Positions 56,214 through 64,000 of a DNA stretch of 64,000 nt are shown piece after piece (within the stretch, counting starts at the first letter, position 1; each line of letters begins with the position of its first letter). The DNA is from a virus, in IMG/VR virus record IMGVR_UViG_3300011116_000834, positions 1 to 64,000 of that record; one strand, given 5' to 3'. Both the position numbers and the translations under genes were made by a program. The notes under the pieces are model-generated. The model was given only the letters and a program-made list of their open reading frames with translations, was not told where the DNA came from and made no database searches.

Positions 56214-58762
56214 GTAGTAGCGCAATAATCAATTTTATTGTATCTGGTTTATCTGGAAATGATGGTGCTGCTGGTCCAACTGGACCCACAGGATCAACAG
56301 GATCGACTGGTCCAACTGGTCCAACTGGTCCTCTTGGACGATATTTTGTATCGTCTGTTGCATCAGGTAATTCATTGATTCTTACATTTTCCGATGGAAC
56401 AACTGCTTCATTAGTAGGAAGTTTCAAGGGAGCAACTACTGCTGATAAATCTGCTGGAATTGTTCGTGGAGGAAATACAGGAACAAATACAACCAATGGT
56501 GGATTGCTGTACAGTGTCTCTGGAGGAACATTTAGTTTTAAAGGTGTATGTGCTTATGGTTCTTTACGAGCATCTTTGACTGGTGCCAATTCAGAATATA
56601 TTTCAATCGATAGCATTTATTATGGCAAGGATGTTCTTGGAAATTATACACCCGCGACTCTTGTAGCGCGCGATCTATTGTATATTGGTGAAAAAACTAG
56701 TGCATATGGTGCAAATCTAAAACATAGAAGCGATATAGGATTTGCAGGTCTATGCGGTGCATTTGATTTTTCATACACACAATACAATGCGGGAGCAAGT
56801 GCAGATACCAGCACACATTTAAACGCTGGTTCCAAGATATATTCATATGGTCCATTACGCAGAGGAAGCGTGATTGATGGAAGCACTCTGGGAATTATTG
56901 TTGATGCACAAAAAGGTGGTGTATTCAATCTAAGAACACCAATTGGCATACAAGGAATAACAGGAAACTTCAAAGTAAATGAAGTTGCTTCGATCACTCT
57001 TGTCATTGATTCTGATAATGTCTGGCATTTCCCAGAAAACATATACTTTGGACCAGATGAAAATTATCTTTCTTGTGGTAAGAACATAATAGGTCTTCTT
57101 ACATATGATGGAGGAAAGACCTGGTTGGCAACCCCATCTCATCGTGGTCATGGAATAGAAAACATTGGAAGACAATGCATTCCTGGTGCTTTATATGGAT
57201 CATGTTGCTATACAAAAGCAGATGGCACGCTCAATTGCAAGGATTATACCACTTCCGAGGAATGTGATAAATTTTTTGGAACATTCCATGCAGCACAATC
57301 ATGTGAACAAACATGTGGCGATGTCAATAGTATTTGTTGTGCAAATGGAAATTGTATTTCTGGAGTATCAGTTACTGAATGTGAAAAATTCGGTGGCGAT
57401 TACTGGTCGAATGTAACATGCGATGATTATAATCCAAATGGTTCCAATATACCAGATCAGGTTCTTTATATCAGTCCAGAGGATGTAAAGGCACAAGGAA
57501 GATTCTGCTATGATCCTTGCGGTGAACCAACAGTATGCTGCAAAGATGGTAGATGTCTTGGCAACTACACTAGAATTCAATGTGAATTTTTTCTTGGTGG
57601 AAAATCCTTAACTGGTGCTAGCTGCAATGATGTTGATTGCTGCAACCATACTTCAATACCAGGAGCATGCTGTACCTGTACAACAAATCCAGATTCCACA
57701 ATTACTTCTTCGTGTGCATCCAACCTAACTTACACACAATGCAAGGAAACTGGTGGAGTATTCATGGGTCCAGGAAAACAATGTAATGAAGTAAGTTGTG
57801 GGTGTGTATGCAGTGGAAGCAGTGGCGGAACTCCAACAGATACAGGTGCATGTTGCAATGCATCTCTTGGCATATGCAATGATGGAGTGACTATAAATCA
57901 ATGCACTGCTGCTGGATTTATTTTCACACAAGGAGCAGCATGTTCTGATGTGTGTTCATCGTCTACTAATGGAATTTGCTGTAAAGATGGAACATGTCTT
58001 TCTACTGCAACAAATAGTGCTTCTTGCATTAGTGCTGGTGGCAATTGGTTGGGTCCAGTTCAATTTGCATATAATGGCACAGTTAAAAATTATGTTTTTG
58101 GTTCAAATGAAAACGATTGTGAACTATGTGCATTATCTAGACCATATTTTAGCATAATCGATCCTGGTAGTTGTTATCCAAATATAGAATTTGGAAGAAT
58201 TCCTACAGATATATCATTTATCGATGCAACCTATAGTTCCGATATACTTTATAGCGGGTTATTGAATATTTATGGTACTGTGTACACCAATACAAGAGAT
58301 CAACTGATTGAGATCTTAACATGTCCAAGTACTGATGCAATTGATGCTGCCATATATTCTGCGGCAACACTTATTTTTAATAATTCTGGGTGGTCTGTGG
58401 GAATGGGATGTCCAAAATCGTGCTGTCAATGCAATGGAGCAAGTGCTGTAAATTGCGGACCATATGGAACAGCAACATCACTTGATCAGATATGCAATAG
58501 TCAAGACTTGTGTTCACCTGGATATTTAGCAATTGCACCTGGAGAATCATGTGGTGGACTTGGGCAAGCTGGTGGTGGAGGAGGAGGCGGTGGTCATTCT
58601 CCATGCTCACCATCCTCATCGTGTGCGAATGAATATATTCCTCCGCCAAATTCTGGATTCCTTGATGCGTATGTGAAGAATGTAAAAGTAACCATAAATA
58701 ATGAAGTACTTTGTCTTCCAATTATTTGCGATGATTGCACTGGTTACGAATTCTGCGAGTAA
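56210..58762 (+). CDS. Collagen-like fibre with many GACC Cys-rich repeats
   Basis: GTGA overlap start; GPT triplets; repeated CC..G.C....C...GG. Confidence 0.75.
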   Translation: MSSSAIINFIVSGLSGNDGAAGPTGPTGSTGSTGPTGPTGPLGRYFVSSVASGNSLILTFSDGTTASLVGSFKGATTADKSAGIVRGGNTGTNTTNGGLLYSVSGGTFSFKGVCAYGSLRASLTGANSEYISIDSIYYGKDVLGNYTPATLVARDLLYIGEKTSAYGANLKHRSDIGFAGLCGAFDFSYTQYNAGASADTSTHLNAGSKIYSYGPLRRGSVIDGSTLGIIVDAQKGGVFNLRTPIGIQGITGNFKVNEVASITLVIDSDNVWHFPENIYFGPDENYLSCGKNIIGLLTYDGGKTWLATPSHRGHGIENIGRQCIPGALYGSCCYTKADGTLNCKDYTTSEECDKFFGTFHAAQSCEQTCGDVNSICCANGNCISGVSVTECEKFGGDYWSNVTCDDYNPNGSNIPDQVLYISPEDVKAQGRFCYDPCGEPTVCCKDGRCLGNYTRIQCEFFLGGKSLTGASCNDVDCCNHTSIPGACCTCTTNPDSTITSSCASNLTYTQCKETGGVFMGPGKQCNEVSCGCVCSGSSGGTPTDTGACCNASLGICNDGVTINQCTAAGFIFTQGAACSDVCSSSTNGICCKDGTCLSTATNSASCISAGGNWLGPVQFAYNGTVKNYVFGSNENDCELCALSRPYFSIIDPGSCYPNIEFGRIPTDISFIDATYSSDILYSGLLNIYGTVYTNTRDQLIEILTCPSTDAIDAAIYSAATLIFNNSGWSVGMGCPKSCCQCNGASAVNCGPYGTATSLDQICNSQDLCSPGYLAIAPGESCGGLGQAGGGGGGGGHSPCSPSSSCANEYIPPPNSGFLDAYVKNVKVTINNEVLCLPIICDDCTGYEFCE

Positions 58763-58765
58763 AAC

Positions 58766-60283
58766 ATGTCAATTCAATTTCGATCAAGAATCACTCCAGC
58801 AATAGATTATTCAACTATCTTGACAAACTATGGATGGTGTTGCAGCACTACGCAACCTGGTCTTCCAATTCAAAAAACTTATGTTGAATGCATCACTGAA
58901 GGTGGTTATTTCATGCAAGGAGCATCTGGTCAGCAAGTAGTATGTCCAGATGCCGATACGGAACTTGGATGCTGCTGTGCGTGTTCATATGTTGATCCAA
59001 ATGATTATGATCAAATCGAAGCATATCCTCCAACCACACCATATCTTTCATCAGGAACAAGAAGTCAAACAACTAGATGCGAATGCAATAGACTTGGTGG
59101 AATCTGGTCTCCAACAAGTGATGGAAATTGTGAAGCATTGACTTCTTCAAATTGGGAGACTTTTTGTGTAAGACCAGATGCAACAAATCCCACAGTAAAC
59201 ATAGATGTAAGATCTCCAAGATCGTGCTGTCATCTTGTATTCGATACAGTCACTGGATTCCCAACTGGTGTTTCTTGTAAGGATGTCTGCACTTCTGGCG
59301 ATTGTGCTTTACTTTCCACCGAAACATACCCATCAGTATTTGATTCGACAAAAAGATGTTCAGTTGCACTGAATTCTGCACATCAAAATACTGCAAATTG
59401 CGCTTCACCAACCAATCTTGCATTCCTTGCAAATGCTCCTATGTACCAGGATTTTGATATGGGATCTTGCTATACATTGGAGGATATCAATGGAACTCTT
59501 GAGTATACTTGTCAGATAACGCCACAATCACTCTGTTCTGGACATTGGATAATTCAACAAGATTCAGATAATGCATTTTGTCTAAATGCACTTCAACCAA
59601 CAAATCCAGTCAAATCAAATAATGTATATCAACCTCAGACCATGAATCTAGAAGATTTCAATGCACTAGGATTGACTGCTGGAGATGAATATCTGGGTGG
59701 AATATACATTGGTACTTTCAATTCTGGATTGGATGGAAGAAGTAGCATAGTCTATGGAAATCTTAGTTTTGGAACTCCAACTGAAACTAGATTTGTAAAT
59801 GATCAAAATGGTGGAACTGCGTCAACCTGGGCATTGATTGTAGATCCAACACCATATACAGTTTCATTCCTACTAAGTGATGAGATAGATGCAGACTGTG
59901 CAACATCATTATGGGATGGTTATTATAACATATACGGAAACGGATCACAGTTTGATGGTATAAAGACAGCACTTGCAACCACAATCAAATATACGGATAG
60001 AAATGCATTTATCGATTATTACCTTCCATCCATATATGAACTCCAATTCTATGCACACTATTTGAATAGAAACAATATAAAAACAATTGGAAATCTGATA
60101 TCTTCATCCATATTCAATACTAAATACCTGAATAACAGATCATCTAGAGCAAAGATAAATGGCAATTCGTTTGTATATGGATTGGGCATAAATGAAAATT
60201 ATAGTGTTAATTACAAGACATTACTAATTGATAAAAAGACTACAGAAACTGCTTTATTCTTTAGACGAATAATCCTTACTTAA
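58766..60283 (+). CDS. Cys-rich protein with degenerate Lcl/DUF1566-like C-terminus
   Basis: GDEYLGGIYIG...DYYLPSIYEL...FFRRI. Confidence 0.7.
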   Translation: MSIQFRSRITPAIDYSTILTNYGWCCSTTQPGLPIQKTYVECITEGGYFMQGASGQQVVCPDADTELGCCCACSYVDPNDYDQIEAYPPTTPYLSSGTRSQTTRCECNRLGGIWSPTSDGNCEALTSSNWETFCVRPDATNPTVNIDVRSPRSCCHLVFDTVTGFPTGVSCKDVCTSGDCALLSTETYPSVFDSTKRCSVALNSAHQNTANCASPTNLAFLANAPMYQDFDMGSCYTLEDINGTLEYTCQITPQSLCSGHWIIQQDSDNAFCLNALQPTNPVKSNNVYQPQTMNLEDFNALGLTAGDEYLGGIYIGTFNSGLDGRSSIVYGNLSFGTPTETRFVNDQNGGTASTWALIVDPTPYTVSFLLSDEIDADCATSLWDGYYNIYGNGSQFDGIKTALATTIKYTDRNAFIDYYLPSIYELQFYAHYLNRNNIKTIGNLISSSIFNTKYLNNRSSRAKINGNSFVYGLGINENYSVNYKTLLIDKKTTETALFFRRIILT

Positions 60284-60302
60284 TTTAAATTAGGAATTTA
60301 TT

Positions 60303-60872
60303 ATGGGTTGCAATTGCAATAAAAACAAAAAAAGTGAACCTCCTGCATCAGAACCAAAAGCATCACCAGCAGAGGCATCTCCTACAACCTTTAGAAAAGA
60401 AGAAATAGTCAAAGAAGGTGGTATCAAGGAAAAATTGACGATGATGCAAAGTTTTGCTTCTGCAATTACTTCCCGTGGATTTAATAATGAGAAAGTGACT
60501 ATTCCGATGAAGCAACTTCGAGTAATCAGTTGCTTTGGAAATAAGGATCAAGGTGGAGTTCTCCCACCATGCGAACATCTGAAGGAAAGCAGCACTCCAG
60601 GTAAGTTTTTCTGTGGTGGATGCGGATGTGGTGATCGAAAAGCAACTTGGTTAATTGCCGATGACACTGAGTATGGTAAATTGGATTACCCTCGCCTAAA
60701 CTGCCCTCTACAGATGCCTGGATTTTCCAATTATACTAAATCCAAACCAGATGAGGCAAATATGCCTATAACTAGAAGATATTATATCGAACAACTTCCG
60801 TATACGGAAATTGAAAAATTCAAGGTTTCCACGAATGAACCACCAGTGAACCCAACGAATCCAGAAAAATAA
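60303..60872 (+). CDS. Cys-rich putative metal-binding protein (MGCNCNKNKK...CGGCGC...CPL)
   Basis: AGGA RBS; Cys clusters. Confidence 0.7.
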   Translation: MGCNCNKNKKSEPPASEPKASPAEASPTTFRKEEIVKEGGIKEKLTMMQSFASAITSRGFNNEKVTIPMKQLRVISCFGNKDQGGVLPPCEHLKESSTPGKFFCGGCGCGDRKATWLIADDTEYGKLDYPRLNCPLQMPGFSNYTKSKPDEANMPITRRYYIEQLPYTEIEKFKVSTNEPPVNPTNPEK

Positions 60873-60875
60873 TAA

Positions 60876-60910
60876 AAAACTCTCCTTATAAATAACATAA
60901 GGAGAGTTTT
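60876..60910 (+). promoter_or_regulatory. 14-bp hairpin that contains the late promoter TATAAATA and sequesters the gp13 RBS
   Basis: aaaactctccttat-aaataac-ataaggagagtttt; TATAAATA at 60887-60894; ATG at 60914. Confidence 0.8.
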
Positions 60911-60913
60911 CAT

Positions 60914-61726
60914 ATGTCAATGTCTTCAGCAGCACCCAACTCACGACAAACACTCATCGATTATTGCCTTAGAACTCTAGGCGCACCAGTCATTGAAATA
61001 AATGTGGACCAGCAACAATGCCAAGACCGTTTGGATGAAGCATTGCAATATTTTGTTACGCGACATTTCGATGGTGTGCAGAAAGTCTATTTTAAATATC
61101 TTTTGAATTCTACGGATCTAGATCGTGGATTTATTCATACTGGAGATATAGGAACTCCTTCTGGAGATCCTGATGGACCCACAGGAAATGACATCGTCTC
61201 AGTGATCAAAGTTTTTAGATTTGGAACTCTTTCTGGTGTTAATATGTTTGATGTTAGATATCAACTGGCATTGACAGATTACTTCGGCATCAATCGTGGA
61301 TTGAATGGAAGTCAATCAACGCCTCTTGCTGGTTATCAAACAACCATGCAATATATTAGTCTTCTTGAACAATTCTTCAGTCCTGAAAAATCAATTAGAT
61401 TCAGTCAAGTGACTGACAAAATCTATGTTGATGCATTTTCTCAAGATATAGATCCAGGAAACTATCTTGTAATAGAAGCATATGCAATATTGGATCCCGA
61501 TCTTCACACAAAAATCTATAATGACCGAATGCTTAAGAAATATGTCACCGCTCTCATTAAAAGGCAATGGGGAGCAAATATGCTTAAATACGATGGTGTG
61601 CAACTTCCAGGTGGAATCACATTCAAAGGTCAACAAATATATGATCAGGCAAATCAAGAAATAGCACTGATAGAGCAAGAATTTGAACGAGCATATGAAC
61701 TTCCAATTGATTTCATGATCGGATAA
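60914..61726 (+). CDS. gp13: Neck protein gp13
   Basis: PNSRQTLIDYCLRTLGAPVIEINVD, HFDG, KRQWGANMLKYDGVQLPGG, ELPIDFMIG. Confidence 0.96.
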   Translation: MSMSSAAPNSRQTLIDYCLRTLGAPVIEINVDQQQCQDRLDEALQYFVTRHFDGVQKVYFKYLLNSTDLDRGFIHTGDIGTPSGDPDGPTGNDIVSVIKVFRFGTLSGVNMFDVRYQLALTDYFGINRGLNGSQSTPLAGYQTTMQYISLLEQFFSPEKSIRFSQVTDKIYVDAFSQDIDPGNYLVIEAYAILDPDLHTKIYNDRMLKKYVTALIKRQWGANMLKYDGVQLPGGITFKGQQIYDQANQEIALIEQEFERAYELPIDFMIG

Positions 61727-61729
61727 TCC

Positions 61730-62650
61730 ATGGCAACAAATCCATACTTCAAAGAATATATCGGAGAACAAAATCTATTGGATAGTCTGGTCGTGGAAAC
61801 GATCAAGACCATGGGTCGTGACATGATCTATATTCCAAGAGAATACTACAATAAAGACATCATCTTTGGAGAGGATGTGACTTCTAAATTCAATACTGGA
61901 TATACGATTGAAATGTACATTCAGAATGTGACTTCATTTGGCGGACAGATGAATATTATCAATAAATTTGGTATTAACATAACCGATAGAATCACACTTC
62001 AGGTTGCAAAAACCAGATTTAATACCGAAGTGGTTGGAAAGACCAGTTTAAAAACACCAAGAGAAGGCGATTTAATTTATTTTCCATTTAATAAAAATTT
62101 ATTTGAAATAAATTATGTTGAAGACAAGATTCCCTTCTTCCAATTTGGGCAATTATACACATATACGCTCACCTGCGAACTGTTCACATATACACAAGAA
62201 ACCATCAATACTGGTATTAGTGAAATCGATGAGGTGGAAGAACTCAGAAAAAACAATATTCTTTCATTGACATTATCTGGATCTCCAGTCACTGGATCTA
62301 CAGTACTCAAGCGAGGCGAAAAGGTATATCAGGTAAATGGAGTAACTGGCACAACTGCATCATATGCAAATGCAACTGCTGAAGGTACTATAATTGAATA
62401 TACTGGAAATACCACATATCTCAAGGGAGCAAGTGGATCGTTCCACTATGGCAGTGCTGGTACTCAATCAATAAAGGGTGTGGAAAGCGGAACAGAATAT
62501 TATGTTCTTGGTGTTACATCTACAAATATCAATATATCAATTGACCCAATTTCTGGTGTTGATGAATTAGAAAATGATGTATATGGTGAAAAAGCAGACA
62601 CAGAGATTAATTTCTCTCGCGATAATCCATTTTCCGAGGAGTGTAATTAA
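61730..62650 (+). CDS. gp14: Neck protein gp14
   Basis: NPYF...EQNLL..LVVETIK..G.D..YIPR, PREGDLIYFP, CELF. Confidence 0.95.
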   Translation: MATNPYFKEYIGEQNLLDSLVVETIKTMGRDMIYIPREYYNKDIIFGEDVTSKFNTGYTIEMYIQNVTSFGGQMNIINKFGINITDRITLQVAKTRFNTEVVGKTSLKTPREGDLIYFPFNKNLFEINYVEDKIPFFQFGQLYTYTLTCELFTYTQETINTGISEIDEVEELRKNNILSLTLSGSPVTGSTVLKRGEKVYQVNGVTGTTASYANATAEGTIIEYTGNTTYLKGASGSFHYGSAGTQSIKGVESGTEYYVLGVTSTNINISIDPISGVDELENDVYGEKADTEINFSRDNPFSEECN

Positions 62651-63399
62651 TGTTTAGCGTTAATCAATCATACTATAATGAATCAATACGAAAAATAGTA
62701 ATTGCATTTGGATCGTTATTTGAATCAATATATGTGACTCGTCTAGACGAAAATGGAAATGAAAAAGAAAAACTTAGAGTTCCAATTGCATATGGAAGCA
62801 AGGAAAAATATATCTGGAGACTTTCTCAGGAAAGCAGTCTATCCAAGAATACTAAAGTTCAAATCACCTTACCAAAAATTGGATTTGAGATAACCACAAT
62901 GCTATACGATCCAAGTCGTAAGCTAAACAGAACATTGCAGAGAAGCGAACTAGTAAATGGAACTGTTAAAAAAGCATATTCTGAAGTTCCATATGTGATA
63001 AATTTTTCCATGTATTGTTTCACTAGAACCATGGATGACATGTTGCAAATAATTGAACAAATAGTTCCTTATTTTGCTCCAGATTACACTGTCACAATTA
63101 AAATGAATGATTTAAATCCTACTGTCGATATACCATTTGTATTGAATACAGTTTCTCTTAATGAGAACTATGAAGGAACATTCGACACTCGAAGAGCATT
63201 AATCAGTACTTTTGATTTTAGCGTCAAGACTTACATCTATCCAAATATTTGTGGTTCTGCTGGAAATATAATCGAAAGAACTGATCTAAATTTTTATGAT
63301 GATCTTGGTGCTACTGCGGCAAATTATGTTGGAGATGTAGGATACACTGGTGATGTATACACTGGTTCTATAACTGAAGTGAATGGAAATTGGCCATGA
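62650..63399 (+). CDS. gp15: Tail sheath stabiliser / terminator gp15
   Basis: YYNESIRKIVIAFGSLF, VPIAYGSKEK, QIIEQIVPYF. Confidence 0.95.
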   Translation: MFSVNQSYYNESIRKIVIAFGSLFESIYVTRLDENGNEKEKLRVPIAYGSKEKYIWRLSQESSLSKNTKVQITLPKIGFEITTMLYDPSRKLNRTLQRSELVNGTVKKAYSEVPYVINFSMYCFTRTMDDMLQIIEQIVPYFAPDYTVTIKMNDLNPTVDIPFVLNTVSLNENYEGTFDTRRALISTFDFSVKTYIYPNICGSAGNIIERTDLNFYDDLGATAANYVGDVGYTGDVYTGSITEVNGNWP

Positions 63400-63878
63400 A
63401 TACACATAAAACTGCGGAAGAAAAATTATCTGAAGTTCTTGATATTGAATTATCAAAGACACCAGATTCTCCTCCAGAACTAAAACAAGTTGATTCCTTT
63501 ATCAAGGAAGTCAAGATTAAAAGAAAAGCACAAGTAAAGCAGGATTTTGATTCTGCAAGAAAGAACATGAAAGAATTGATTAATATTGGGTTTGAAGCAA
63601 TCGATGGAATCATGAGGGTTGCGGAGGCAGGAGATTCTCCCAGAGCATATGAAGTTGCTTCTGTGCTTATAAAGACCGTTAGTGAAATAAATACAGATAT
63701 GATGACAATGCATAAGACGAATGCAGAAGCACTTGGGGTGAACAAGGTCATCAAGAGCAATACTACAAATAATTCTATTTTTGTTGGTTCTACTCGGGAT
63801 TTGCAAAATATTATAAATCAATCCAGAAGTCAATTGAAAGTTATTAAGAATGATGATGTGACCAATGACGAAAGCTAA
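63396..63878 (+). CDS. gp16: Terminase small subunit gp16
   Basis: DFDSARKN...SPRAYEV...NNSIFVGSTRDLQ; ATGA overlap. Confidence 0.93.
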   Translation: MNTHKTAEEKLSEVLDIELSKTPDSPPELKQVDSFIKEVKIKRKAQVKQDFDSARKNMKELINIGFEAIDGIMRVAEAGDSPRAYEVASVLIKTVSEINTDMMTMHKTNAEALGVNKVIKSNTTNNSIFVGSTRDLQNIINQSRSQLKVIKNDDVTNDES

Positions 63879-64000
63879 AGACGGATATTTAGGCAATCCA
63901 AATCTTAAACCTGTTGGTGTACAGCAACAATTTACACCACATCAGGTTGAGGAATATATAAAATGTTCCAATGATCCAGGATATTTTGTAAAAAACTATG
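63865..64000 (+). CDS. gp17: Terminase large subunit gp17, N-terminal fragment (runs off the window)
   Basis: MTKAKDGYLGNPNLKPVG...EEYIKCSNDPGYFVKNY. Confidence 0.93.
   Translation, partial: MTKAKDGYLGNPNLKPVGVQQQFTPHQVEEYIKCSNDPGYFVKNY

Noticed and set aside
1-64000. Stop-codon reassignment
   Set aside because: Core genes are intact in code 11; TAA, TGA and TAG all end genes; there is no suppressor tRNA.

Overview
This is a 64 kb segment of a large T4-like tailed dsDNA phage read in the standard code. The host is probably a planctomycete (Phycisphaerales-like); this is inferred from two PAP-type PEP-CTERM proteins and GACC Cys-rich repeats. There are four zones. (1) 1-5.5 kb: a GC-rich array of small early-gene cassettes. 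Eleven near-identical promoters sit exactly 6 nt before an ATG (leaderless mRNAs), and the cassettes are separated by hairpin terminators and a repeated GTTGATAGT/TCCGATAA palindromic element. (2) 5.7-17.4 kb: an AT-rich cluster of about 16 mostly Pro/Trp/Gly-rich proteins with T4 internal-protein-like N-terminal leaders ending in L/I-x-E. Three share a near-identical 17-aa C-terminal tag. (3) 17.4-28.3 kb: accessory genes (poly-acidic protein, DenV-like glycosylase, deaminase, HTH, PEP-CTERM, holin-like) and five tRNAs, all with U34. (4) 28.3-64 kb: T4 core genes gp33, gp32, gp51/gp26 (candidate -1 frameshift), gp54-like, gp4, gp48, gp53, a giant hub, gp25, gp6, gp7, gp8, collagen/Cys-rich fibre proteins, gp13-gp16 and the start of gp17. 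All 17 sigma70-type promoters I could read have a 16-bp spacer. All family assignments come from motif recognition by eye; no searches were run.
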